Assembly: GCA_012270585.1 (NCBI GenBank)
Contig: JAAXIB010000020.1
Coordinates: 13,187 to 77,186, forward strand
DNA length: 64,000 bases
From: Nitrospirales bacterium
GTDB taxonomy: Bacteria; Nitrospirota; Nitrospiria; Nitrospirales; UBA8639
Reading direction: 5' to 3'
In this document: one piece after another, positions 40,204 through 47,585 of the stretch
How the letters are laid out: each line of letters opens with the position of its first letter
How positions within the stretch are numbered: position 1 is the first letter of the stretch
Position numbers and translations under genes: made by a program
The notes under the pieces: model-generated
Database searches by the model: none
What the model saw: the letters and a program-made list of their open reading frames with translations, nothing else
What the model was told of the DNA's origin: nothing

Positions 40204-40362
40204 CTACCGCTTTTCTTTATGGAGGGCATGCTTCCGGCAGTACGAACAATATTTTTTCAGTTCGATCCGGTCGGGATCGTTTTTCTTATTTTTGGAGGTC
40301 CAATAGACCGATTTGCCCGGCGTCTCACATCCGGTGCAGGCAATGGCAATCGTGATACGCAT
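40204..40362 (-). CDS. rpmG: ribosomal protein L33 (island copy, four-Cys C+ form)
   Basis: 52 aa, below the track cutoff: [60 protein letters not shown], 21 nt after rpmB. Confidence 0.8.
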   Translation of the reverse strand: MRITIAIACTGCETPGKSVYWTSKNKKNDPDRIELKKYCSYCRKHALHKEKR

Positions 40363-40383
40363 ACTCTCAACTCCTGAGGCCCG

Positions 40384-40626
40384 TTAGATGTGTTCACCGG
40401 CCGCCCGCATGTCGGCGACGACGCGGGCCAGCCCCTTTTTATCGATAATTTTCATGCCGTGGGTTGAAACCGACAGGGTAATCCAACGATTCTCTTCCTG
40501 CAGAAAATAGCGCTTCCGATGCAGATTCGGAAAAAACCGCCGCTTGGTTTTGTTATTGGCATGACTCACACGATGGCCGGACATCGGTCGCTTTCCGGTG
40601 ACCTGACAATATCGTCCCATCAACAC
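40384..40626 (-). CDS. rpmB: ribosomal protein L28 (island copy, C- form)
   Basis: ...[38 protein letters not shown]...[17 protein letters not shown]...; single Cys, E. coli-like. GGAGG RBS. Confidence 0.85.
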   Translation of the reverse strand: MLMGRYCQVTGKRPMSGHRVSHANNKTKRRFFPNLHRKRYFLQEENRWITLSVSTHGMKIIDKKGLARVVADMRAAGEHI

Positions 40627-40654
40627 ACCTCCTTATCATCGCGTCAACCATTTA

Positions 40655-40666
40655 AATGTGAACATT
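40655..40666 (-). promoter_or_regulatory. inverted-repeat box AATGTTCACATT in the rpmB leader/promoter (candidate Fur-family/Zur operator)
   Basis: Lies about 30 nt upstream of the rpmB start, next to TTTAAAT (a possible -10). Related boxes occur at 53376-53385, 44251-44265 and 44817-44833. Confidence 0.3.
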
Positions 40667-40817
40667 CCACCTTCAGTGACTCCGACCGGGAGGCTCCTGC
40701 CGTGGCCATTGAGCCTGCCTGTTTTCCCAGCCTGGTCTTCTAAACGGATCGACAAACGAAGTTCACAACTCCTCATTCAGCAGCGTGGTCAGACCGGCGA
40801 TATCCATTTAGCTGCGT

Positions 40818-42068
40818 CTAGGCATCGGGAGATTCCGGTGACAACCAGTCGGGAAACGGATCGGAAAATGACCTCCACCCCTCGGCCCCCAGGCTCATCT
40901 CGGCATCCGTCAGCAAACAGGCGTCCAATCGCCGACTCAGTGCCGCTTGATCGACATTCTGTCCGATCACGACGAGTTCCTGCTGGCGGTCACCATAGAC
41001 CGGATCCCAAATCGTCTCCAATCGCTTTCGCTCTTCGTCATCCACCTCCCACTGATCACGGGGGAGCGTCGCATACCAGCGTCCTCCACCCTGTAAGACG
41101 CCTGTCCCACCGGCCTGGGACCAGATCCCAACCCAATCGGGACGAGAGGTCAGCCAGATAAATCCTTTTGATCGCAAAACTCCCTTCCAATTTTTCTGAA
41201 CCATTGCCCACAGACGCTCAGGATGAAAGGGCCGCCGGGCCACATAGACGAAACTCCGAATGCCGTATTCATCAGCTTCCGACCGCCATGCCCCCCGCAA
41301 GATCTGCATCCATCCCGCTGCGCGGCTCGCCCGCTCCAAATCAAACCGGTTTGTCCGGAGCACCTCCACCAAGGACACCCGTCCCTGTTGGGCCGGCACG
41401 ATCTGCGCATCCGGATTCAGTACCCGCAGAATGGCGGTCAACTCGGCCAGTTGCGCATCCGACACCGTATCGATTTTGTTGATCACCAGCACGTCCGCAA
41501 ACTCCACCTGGTCAATCAGCAGATCCGTCACCGTCCGTTCATCCTCTTCACCCAGTTCGAGCCCCCGCTCTTTCAGGTCCTCGGACGCCTGATAGTCGGC
41601 CAGAAATGTTCCCGCATCCACCACGGTGACCATCGTATCCAATCGGGCCACCGAGGAGAGCGACCGTCCCATCTCATCCTGAAAGAAAAACGTCTCGGCC
41701 ACGGGCAAGGGCTCGGAAATTCCGGTGGATTCGACCAACAAATAATCGAAGCGTCGGGCTTCAGCCAGCCGGGCCACTTCCTGGAGCAAGTCCTCACGGA
41801 GGGTACAGCAGATGCAGCCGTTACTCATTTCCACCAGCTTTTCTTCGGTCCGGCTCAGGGCCGCCCCACCCTGGGCGATGAGAGCGGCATCCACATTCAC
41901 ACTGCTCATATCGTTGACGATGACCGCCACCCGCAGGCCCTCCCGATTATGCAGAACATGATTCAACAACGTCGTTTTCCCCGCCCCCAGGAACCCGGAC
42001 AGCACGGTCACCGGCAATCGCGCATCACGGACCACAGCCCCATTCATTTCCCTCTCAGCCACATCCAT
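40818..42068 (-). CDS. COG0523 (CobW/ZigA/YeiR-like) metallochaperone GTPase, paralog 1
   Basis: Start set at [10 protein letters not shown]... with a GGAGCAGGAGG RBS. P-loop [12 protein letters not shown], metal motif [10 protein letters not shown], ...[14 protein letters not shown]..., ...VINKID..., CobW_C domain. Confidence 0.85.
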   Translation of the reverse strand: MDVAEREMNGAVVRDARLPVTVLSGFLGAGKTTLLNHVLHNREGLRVAVIVNDMSSVNVDAALIAQGGAALSRTEEKLVEMSNGCICCTLREDLLQEVARLAEARRFDYLLVESTGISEPLPVAETFFFQDEMGRSLSSVARLDTMVTVVDAGTFLADYQASEDLKERGLELGEEDERTVTDLLIDQVEFADVLVINKIDTVSDAQLAELTAILRVLNPDAQIVPAQQGRVSLVEVLRTNRFDLERASRAAGWMQILRGAWRSEADEYGIRSFVYVARRPFHPERLWAMVQKNWKGVLRSKGFIWLTSRPDWVGIWSQAGGTGVLQGGGRWYATLPRDQWEVDDEERKRLETIWDPVYGDRQQELVVIGQNVDQAALSRRLDACLLTDAEMSLGAEGWRSFSDPFPDWLSPESPDA

Positions 42069-42078
42069 CCTCCTGCTC

Positions 42079-43347
42079 CTATTCGGACTCACGTTCATCT
42101 TCCTGCAGATCAATTTCCAAGGCCGCCTGCGCGAAAGGATCCTCAAACCGGCGCCAACACTCCAGACCCAGCTTCGACTCCGCCGCTGTCAAGAGACATG
42201 ATGCCAGCCGTTGAAACAACCGCTCCCGATCCAACCGGTAGCCGATACAAGCCAAGGCCTGTCGACGATCACCAAACTCCAACGACCAATCCTGGCTCAA
42301 CTCTTTGCGAAAGGCTTTATCGTCAGGCCAATCCGCACAGGGAATCGACGCCCACCAATCCCCGATATATTCGAAAAATCGGCCGCCGGCCGTCTGAGAC
42401 CAGAGAAAACACCGATCGGGTTGTGAGGCAATCCAGAAATGACCTTGGCACCGCAGAATTCCCGGCCAATCGGACTCGATCAGTTCCCATAGCCGCTGCG
42501 GGTGGAAGGGGCGCGTGGCTCGAAAGACCCCCATCGTCCAATAGGACGATCGAATCGTCGGCATCGGCGCTCCCTGGATCAGCTTCGCCCAGCCTGGTTG
42601 AGAACTGATCGGCATCGAGGCAGGAGTACGCTCGTTGACAATCTGTCCCACCACATCCAACCCCTCCGCTATCGATAGGATCGTGGCTTCCGGGTTCAAC
42701 GTCTCGAGCAAGGAGCGGAGACGAGTCTGCTTAGCCAATGACAGCCCCTCGGTTTTGGATATCACCAGCACCGTGGCATACTCCACCTGCTCCACCACCA
42801 GTTCCGACACCGTCCGTCCATCGTCCGTCCCACAACTCGCGCCTCGGGTCTGTAAATCGTCTTCAGAATGCAGATCGTTCCATAACGTCCGGCCGTCGAC
42901 GACCGTGACCAGGTGATCAAGCCACGCCTTCGATGCCAAGGGTTCGCTGTTCTCCCAGGCGTCGTTGAACACTTCGGCGACCAAGACCGGCTCCATCAGG
43001 CCCGAGCACTCGACCAGCACCCGATCAAACCGCTGCATGTCGGCAATCGCCGTGATGGCGCTCGCCAAACTGTCGCGCAAGGAACACCCGACACACCGTT
43101 GAATCAACTCGGCCAAGACTTCACCGAGACGGAAGACTTCGATCCCCAGCGATCGACAGAGGTCCGCATCCAATCCTGCGTCGCTGCGGTCATGGACCAG
43201 CACGGCCAACCGACCGGACGACCGGCCGGCGACAACTTTCTGCACCAACGTGCTCTTCCCGGCTCCGACAAAACCACAGACCACGGTGACCGGAAGCCGT
43301 GTGATCTCGGCTGGACGATAGCCTTTGGGATGGATACCGGGTTTCAT
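42079..43347 (-). CDS. COG0523-family GTPase, paralog 2, variant metal motif and L31-like N-terminus
   Basis: Start set at [12 protein letters not shown].... P-loop [20 protein letters not shown] replaces GCICC. ...[11 protein letters not shown]..., ...VISKTE..., CobW_C-like end. Confidence 0.8.
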   Translation of the reverse strand: MKPGIHPKGYRPAEITRLPVTVVCGFVGAGKSTLVQKVVAGRSSGRLAVLVHDRSDAGLDADLCRSLGIEVFRLGEVLAELIQRCVGCSLRDSLASAITAIADMQRFDRVLVECSGLMEPVLVAEVFNDAWENSEPLASKAWLDHLVTVVDGRTLWNDLHSEDDLQTRGASCGTDDGRTVSELVVEQVEYATVLVISKTEGLSLAKQTRLRSLLETLNPEATILSIAEGLDVVGQIVNERTPASMPISSQPGWAKLIQGAPMPTIRSSYWTMGVFRATRPFHPQRLWELIESDWPGILRCQGHFWIASQPDRCFLWSQTAGGRFFEYIGDWWASIPCADWPDDKAFRKELSQDWSLEFGDRRQALACIGYRLDRERLFQRLASCLLTAAESKLGLECWRRFEDPFAQAALEIDLQEDERESE

Positions 43348-43496
43348 GGCATCTCCTTGTTCTTCAGCACGAGCACTCACTCTCAGCTCGATTTCCGCAC
43401 ACCAGGGATCTGACCCTGGAGTGCGAGCAGACGAAAATCGATCCGCGCACACTCACCTCCCTACTTCGAGATTGAGAGCTCCAGGCCCTGACTCCA

Positions 43497-43751
43497 TCAG
43501 GATTCGGACTGCCGACCGAACGGTAACAGCGCCATGTGTCGCGCTCGCTTGATCGCTCGTGCAATCTCCCGCTGCCGATGTTGACTATTGCCCGTCATTC
43601 GTCGAGGCAGGATGCGCCCGTTTTCCGTTATGAACCTCCGCAGCCACTCCGCATTTTTCCAATCCACCGGTGTCGTATCGTCGATCACGCGACGGCGTCG
43701 TCCTTCAAGCATGCTCGTTTCTCCATATACGATGAATTGCGCTTGTTTCAT
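43497..43751 (-). CDS. rpsR: ribosomal protein S18 (island copy, Cys-free)
   Basis: ...[50 protein letters not shown].... Start uncertain (M at 43751 or 43712). Confidence 0.75.
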   Translation of the reverse strand: MKQAQFIVYGETSMLEGRRRRVIDDTTPVDWKNAEWLRRFITENGRILPRRMTGNSQHRQREIARAIKRARHMALLPFGRQSES

Positions 43752-43853
43752 GTGGCCCGGACTGAAGCCCTCCCCGATGGCGCTCACGGATACACGTGAG
43801 GTTGCCACACACGGACACGCGTTCAGCCGGACGATCAGAACAATGTGACGAGA

Positions 43854-44162
43854 TCAAACCGCGGCGGGAGGACCCCGCGAATAAGGGACGGACACGAGCA
43901 GGCTCGAAAACTCTTGCACTGAGGGAATCGGCAGGATAGCCGACGGCAACAGCACGGACGGCAGGACAAGGCCAGTTTCAGACAACGATGAACTGGCAGC
44001 CCACTCCAGCCAGGCGTGAACATCGGCATCAGAGTGGTCGGGATCGCCGGCTTGTACGGCGGAATAGTGATCGATCAGCAGGTAGGGCAGGGGCAGAGCG
44101 ACCAGCCCATACAGCATCGCAACGGCGGCGATGAACATCACTCGAATCAACCTGGCCTGCAT
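43854..44162 (-). CDS. hypothetical single-pass membrane protein
   Basis: ORF with one TM (...VMFIAAVAMLYGLVALPLPYLLI...) followed by a His/Asp-containing segment. Weak coding evidence. Confidence 0.25.
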   Translation of the reverse strand: MQARLIRVMFIAAVAMLYGLVALPLPYLLIDHYSAVQAGDPDHSDADVHAWLEWAASSSLSETGLVLPSVLLPSAILPIPSVQEFSSLLVSVPYSRGPPAAV

Positions 44163-44250
44163 CCTTCCTGCCACTCCGATACACTCATCCGTAGCGCGCC
44201 TCGCATGTGAGAGCGCTCTCGTCGAACCCTTGTGAGCCTGATCCAATCCA

Positions 44251-44311
44251 CTCGAATATTTTTCCAGCGCGACCGATCCGGCTTATCCCCGCCTCCGGAA
44301 TGGGCGGTCCG
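44251..44311 (-). promoter_or_regulatory. conserved hairpin element plus adjacent box, copy A
   Basis: The 48-nt core 44264-44311 is 45/48 identical to 53391-53438. On the minus strand: GGACCG-CCCAU-UCCGG-AGGCGGGGAUAAG-CCGGA-U-CGGUC, then GCGCUGGAAAAAUAUUCGAG. Confidence 0.45.
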
Positions 44312-44341
44312 ACGGCCTAACCGCTATTCATGTCCAGCCCT

Positions 44342-44647
44342 CTACCAGCTCGACTTTCTCACTCCGGGAATACCCCCTCGTAATGCCAACAAACGAAAAT
44401 CGATGCGGGACATGCCGAATCGTCTCAGGAACCCACGGGTCCGGCCTGAAATAAGACATCGGTTTCTCACTCGGCTTGGGCTGGCATTGCGGGGCAGCGC
44501 CTGCAGCCCCCGCTGCGCCTCCATCCGCTCTTCCAAAGAAGACCCAGGATTTCTGATAACTTCCTTTAAAATGGTTCGTTGTTGGGCGTACTGCTTCACC
44601 ACTTCTTTTCGTTTTTCATTTTTAATGATGCAACTTTTTTTGGCCAT
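44342..44647 (-). CDS. rpsN: ribosomal protein S14 (island copy, long 101-aa C- form)
   Basis: [24 protein letters not shown]...[43 protein letters not shown]. Start set at ATG 44647. Confidence 0.85.
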   Translation of the reverse strand: MAKKSCIIKNEKRKEVVKQYAQQRTILKEVIRNPGSSLEERMEAQRGLQALPRNASPSRVRNRCLISGRTRGFLRRFGMSRIDFRLLALRGGIPGVRKSSW

Positions 44648-44816
44648 AGGACCTTCCTTTTCCTCAAGGTGTGAAGCTTTCTCCATATCCTCTTTTTGGA
44701 TAAACCATTGTTTTGGGTAATTCGTCCACCAATCTCGACCAACCAATCGTTCCCTGAATACGCTGGCTGGTTGGCAATCAAGCACAACTGGGCAGTGAGA
44801 GAAACGAGCTTAGGGG

Positions 44817-44833
44817 TTGAAAATGATTTGAAA
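44817..44833. promoter_or_regulatory. TTGAAAATGATTTGAAA, Zur-box-like imperfect palindrome upstream of rpsN
   Basis: From memory it matches 12 of 15 positions of the actinobacterial-type Zur consensus TGAAAATGATTTTCA. It lies about 175 nt upstream of the S14 start in a lower-GC spacer. Confidence 0.3.
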
Positions 44834-45248
44834 CGCCAACTGAAGGCTAGCTCACCAGCGATAGTTTCTGCCGTGTATACTTATATGCGGACACTTCGCT
44901 TTCATGAATAACTTTTCAATGAGCATCCAAAACTATTAAATGAAAGGTATGTTTTCTGGGGACGAGTGTACGACGAAGAGGAACGGTCGAACGAAGAAAT
45001 GTGGGATTTTCACAAGTTCGTTTGATGGCTTTCTGAACTTCGGTGGGACGGTAGCCAAGATTAATCAACGCAGGGGCATGGCTTGTCGGATAAAAACGGC
45101 TTGGGTAAAAATATACGCAAGCCGTTGTCAAGTTCGACGGGAATTCGGTGAACCGATTTTCAGCTACTCAGGCGAATAATAGACTTCGTAGGCAAACTGT
45201 CAAGCCTATGATCGCGTAGCCCGCGCGCGGATTGAAACTCAGTTGCAG

Positions 45249-45404
45249 TTAAATACGGCTTGAGGATTTGCAGCGCCCGCTGCAGCAATCACCACATACG
45301 CATGACGCGTCACAGCGACAAACTTCAGTTCCACAACAGCAGTCACACGCCGTTGTCTTGCATGCACACTTGCCATTTTTGCAGCATCCACAGGAATCTT
45401 TCAT
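45249..45404 (-). CDS. 51-aa cysteine-rich metallothionein-like peptide
   Basis: MKDSCGCCKNGKCACKTTACDCCCGTEVCRCDASCVCGDCCSGRCKSSSRI has 16 Cys in 51 residues. GGAGGAG RBS 7 nt upstream, 13 nt after the merR-like stop. Confidence 0.6.
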   Translation of the reverse strand: MKDSCGCCKNGKCACKTTACDCCCGTEVCRCDASCVCGDCCSGRCKSSSRI

Positions 45405-45417
45405 TGCTTTCTCCTCC

Positions 45418-45852
45418 TCATTTTTCGCAGCACTCCCAATTGTTTTCAAAGCAATCCAGGAGCCTGCATTCAGAATCATTCGACGCTTGACTTCCACAGA
45501 TTAGGGAAAACTCGTGGAGCATTCCCACCATCCTATTCAAGTCGGCTATCTTCTGTTCAATTTGATCGATCTTCTCGTGACAAGTCTTTGCAATAAACGG
45601 TCGTGTTTCTCGGGAACAAAGAGCAAGGTCCAGGAGATCTTGAGCGTCTTTGAGAGAGAATCCAAGCCCCTGAACTCTCTTGACAAACTTGATAATCCGC
45701 ACATCAGATTCCGAGTACTTTCGAAAACCTGACGTTCGAAACGGCTTATCCAGAAGACCCTTCCTGTGATAAAAGCGGACTGTCTCTACCCCAACCCCGG
45801 CTGCCTTGGCTAGGGTTCCAATCGTCATCAGTTCTTTATCGGTCTTTTTCAT
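45418..45852 (-). CDS. MerR-family metal-responsive transcriptional regulator
   Basis: HTH ...MTIGTLAKAAGVGVETVRFYHRKGLL...R...GFRKYSESDVRIIKFVKRVQGLGFSL.... Cys residues in the dimerisation helix and C-terminal loop (…LICGSQASNDSEC…) plus the tail NNWECCEK. Start is ATG 45852 or 45828. Confidence 0.85.
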   Translation of the reverse strand: MKKTDKELMTIGTLAKAAGVGVETVRFYHRKGLLDKPFRTSGFRKYSESDVRIIKFVKRVQGLGFSLKDAQDLLDLALCSRETRPFIAKTCHEKIDQIEQKIADLNRMVGMLHEFSLICGSQASNDSECRLLDCFENNWECCEK

Positions 45853-45857
45853 ATCTG

Positions 45858-45890
45858 AAGTATGCACTCCGTACCTCAGTACGGAGTCAA
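45858..45890 (-). promoter_or_regulatory. mer-operator-like promoter (long spacer with perfect dyad)
   Basis: Minus strand: TTGACT-CCGTACTGAGGTACGGAGTG-CATACT. The dyad ACTCCGTAC-N4-GTACGGAGT (45866-45887) sits between -35 and -10 with a 20-nt spacer. The half-sites TCCGTAC/GTACGGA are those I recall from Tn21/Tn501 merO. Confidence 0.55.
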
Positions 45891-46365
45891 GTTTTTTTTC
45901 ACCCGCACCCGCTGGCCGCGAGCACGGGAAGAGGGGAGTGACCCTATACGGCGAGCCACAACGGCCGCGAATCGTCGAGTGGTTCCAGCAGTTCGATTGA
46001 TCTGAGAGGAGAGTCCTCTTGTAAGCTTCCTGACATGGTATTCTAACGTCATACTGTAGGCCTGAGCCTGGGAATAAGAATTATAAAAGGCCTTTTTGGG
46101 TAAGCGGTAACCTACCAAAGGCCCCGTGCCGGGTCAATTTGCCGACAGTCCCGTCTGATATCTGGAAGTGCCTCCTGCGAAGAGGGGCTGACCGGCCCAT
46201 TTTCCCTGGATCGGGGCAGGTTGTCGCTCCATGGTGGCGGGTGCGAGCCGAAAACGGGTACAGGGAGCCTGTCTGGTCGAGTGGCGACCCGGACTCCGGC
46301 GAGAGGTTAGGCGGTCTGTATGAAGGGGGCGAGACGGGCCGTGAGGGTGGGCCCTCTCGAGAAAG

Positions 46366-46689
46366 CTAGTCGGTCTCGTAGCCCGGCGGGTACCAACGTC
46401 CCGGCGGCTCCCACATCCCGTCGTCGTTTTGAACGGTGAGGACGCGCACGCCGTCTTTCGTGACCGCCAGGGTGTGCTCGCATTGGGCTGATAGTTTGCC
46501 GTCGATGGTGACGGCGGTCCAACCGTCGTCGAGGATCTCCATCTCCCAAGCACCTTCGTTGATCATGGGCTCGATGGTGAAGACGAGGCCGCTCGACTCG
46601 TAGAAATTGACGCCGTTGGTGTTCTCTTTCATCACACGGTGAATAGGAAATTTAAAAGGCCTTTTTGGCTTGAACTGGAAAGTCGCCAA
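46366..46689 (-). pseudogene. map: 3' fragment of a methionine aminopeptidase gene
   Basis: Only the last ~75 residues match Map (...[52 protein letters not shown]...). The N-terminal two-thirds of the enzyme are missing. Confidence 0.6.
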
Positions 46690-46928
46690 GACGGTACGAA
46701 TGGGTCAATCAGGGATCGGAAATGGGGTCGGGTCTTGCCATAACCCATCCCCCTTGAGGTAATCCTCGTAGCCTGATTCCCAAGGAGAGTGACGAGCGGG
46801 CGTCGAGTCGAAATTGTAAAAAGATTCCTGGGAGATGTGGCATGGCAAGCCTTGAAGTGGCCCCATATCCTGCTTTGGCAATTGAATAGAATATGACGTG
46901 TCACGTTTTGGCCCGCACATCGGAAACC

Positions 46929-47243
46929 TCAGTGCTTGCCATGTGAATGCCCTCCATGCGACCGGCAATCATGTCCACAGCCTTGTATGCCCAACCCGCC
47001 ACCGTAAATGTTTTTGAGCGTGGGAGGAGGAGCGGTCGAGCCCGGTGGAGGATCCGATGACGCCCGGCTTTGGGCCATAACATCAGCCCCTGCCGAAAAC
47101 ACTGACGGGGTCTTCTCCAACGGTGCCCCGCATTCGCGACAGGCCGTCACCGGGGCATCATGCATGTTCTGCCAAAAGGCAAACCGCTTAGGACAAAACA
47201 GCGATTTCAAACAATATTCGGCTTGATATTCATAGATGGGCAT
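46929..47243 (-). CDS. FmdB-type zinc-ribbon-like small protein with degenerate first CxxC and a His-rich tail
   Basis: MPIYEYQAEYC...CPKRF...ACRECGAPLEK.... The C-terminus is ...GCGHDCRSHGGHSHGKH. Start set at ATG 47243. Confidence 0.5.
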   Translation of the reverse strand: MPIYEYQAEYCLKSLFCPKRFAFWQNMHDAPVTACRECGAPLEKTPSVFSAGADVMAQSRASSDPPPGSTAPPPTLKNIYGGGLGIQGCGHDCRSHGGHSHGKH

Positions 47244-47577
47244 ACACTTCCCTTTCTTTTTGCCCAATCAGCACCAAGGCATGATCCGGTTCTTCCCGGA
47301 GTTGAATGGGGCCGACCCACCGCCAGGCGGGTCGTGAAAATTGCACCTCATGCAAAGCATTGGAGTCAGCAAATCGACAAAACCCTTTCACCCGTTCGAT
47401 CCCATCGGGCAGGTGTTCACACCATTCAAGAAACCGTGCACGATTCAGGGGACGCGGCAACGGAATCGTCGCCACCATCGGATGACAAGACGGATAAGAA
47501 AAAACCGTCCCCTGCCTTGCTTTATGCCTCATACTCGCCAAGCAGGGTTGACGGAACGGGCTGTTTGACTGCAACAT
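47230..47577 (-). CDS. stand-alone CobW_C-like domain protein (possible COG0523 remnant)
   Basis: ...FSYPSCHPMVATIPLPRPLNRARFLEWCEHLPDGIERVKGFCRF...HEVQFSR...ALVLIGQ... resembles only the C-terminal domain of COG0523 proteins. Start uncertain (47577 or 47532). Confidence 0.45.
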   Translation of the reverse strand: MLQSNSPFRQPCLASMRHKARQGTVFSYPSCHPMVATIPLPRPLNRARFLEWCEHLPDGIERVKGFCRFADSNALHEVQFSRPAWRWVGPIQLREEPDHALVLIGQKEREVYAHL

Positions 47578-47585
47578 TGCCCACC

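Noticed and set aside
40044-40229. 61-aa ORF between rpmG and the flavoprotein gene.
   Set aside because: It overlaps the 3' end of rpmG in another frame, has no recognisable motif and has weak start context. It could be a real small protein, but support is insufficient.
44232-44720. Plus-strand ORFs translating both hairpin copies into similar peptides (…FQRDRSGLSPPPEWAVR… and …[17 protein letters not shown]…).
   Set aside because: One of them is antisense to rpsN. All three nucleotide differences between the copies are non-synonymous in that frame, and two of them are compensatory in the hairpin. The similarity therefore reflects a non-coding repeat, not a conserved protein.
46100-46365. 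Possible group II intron 5' end or other structured RNA (GGTGCGAGCCGAAAACGGG...), downstream of the map fragment.
   Set aside because: Only a GUGCG-like pentamer and general GC-rich pairing potential are present. There is no domain V-like hairpin, no IEP/reverse transcriptase ORF, and I cannot match any RNA family by eye.
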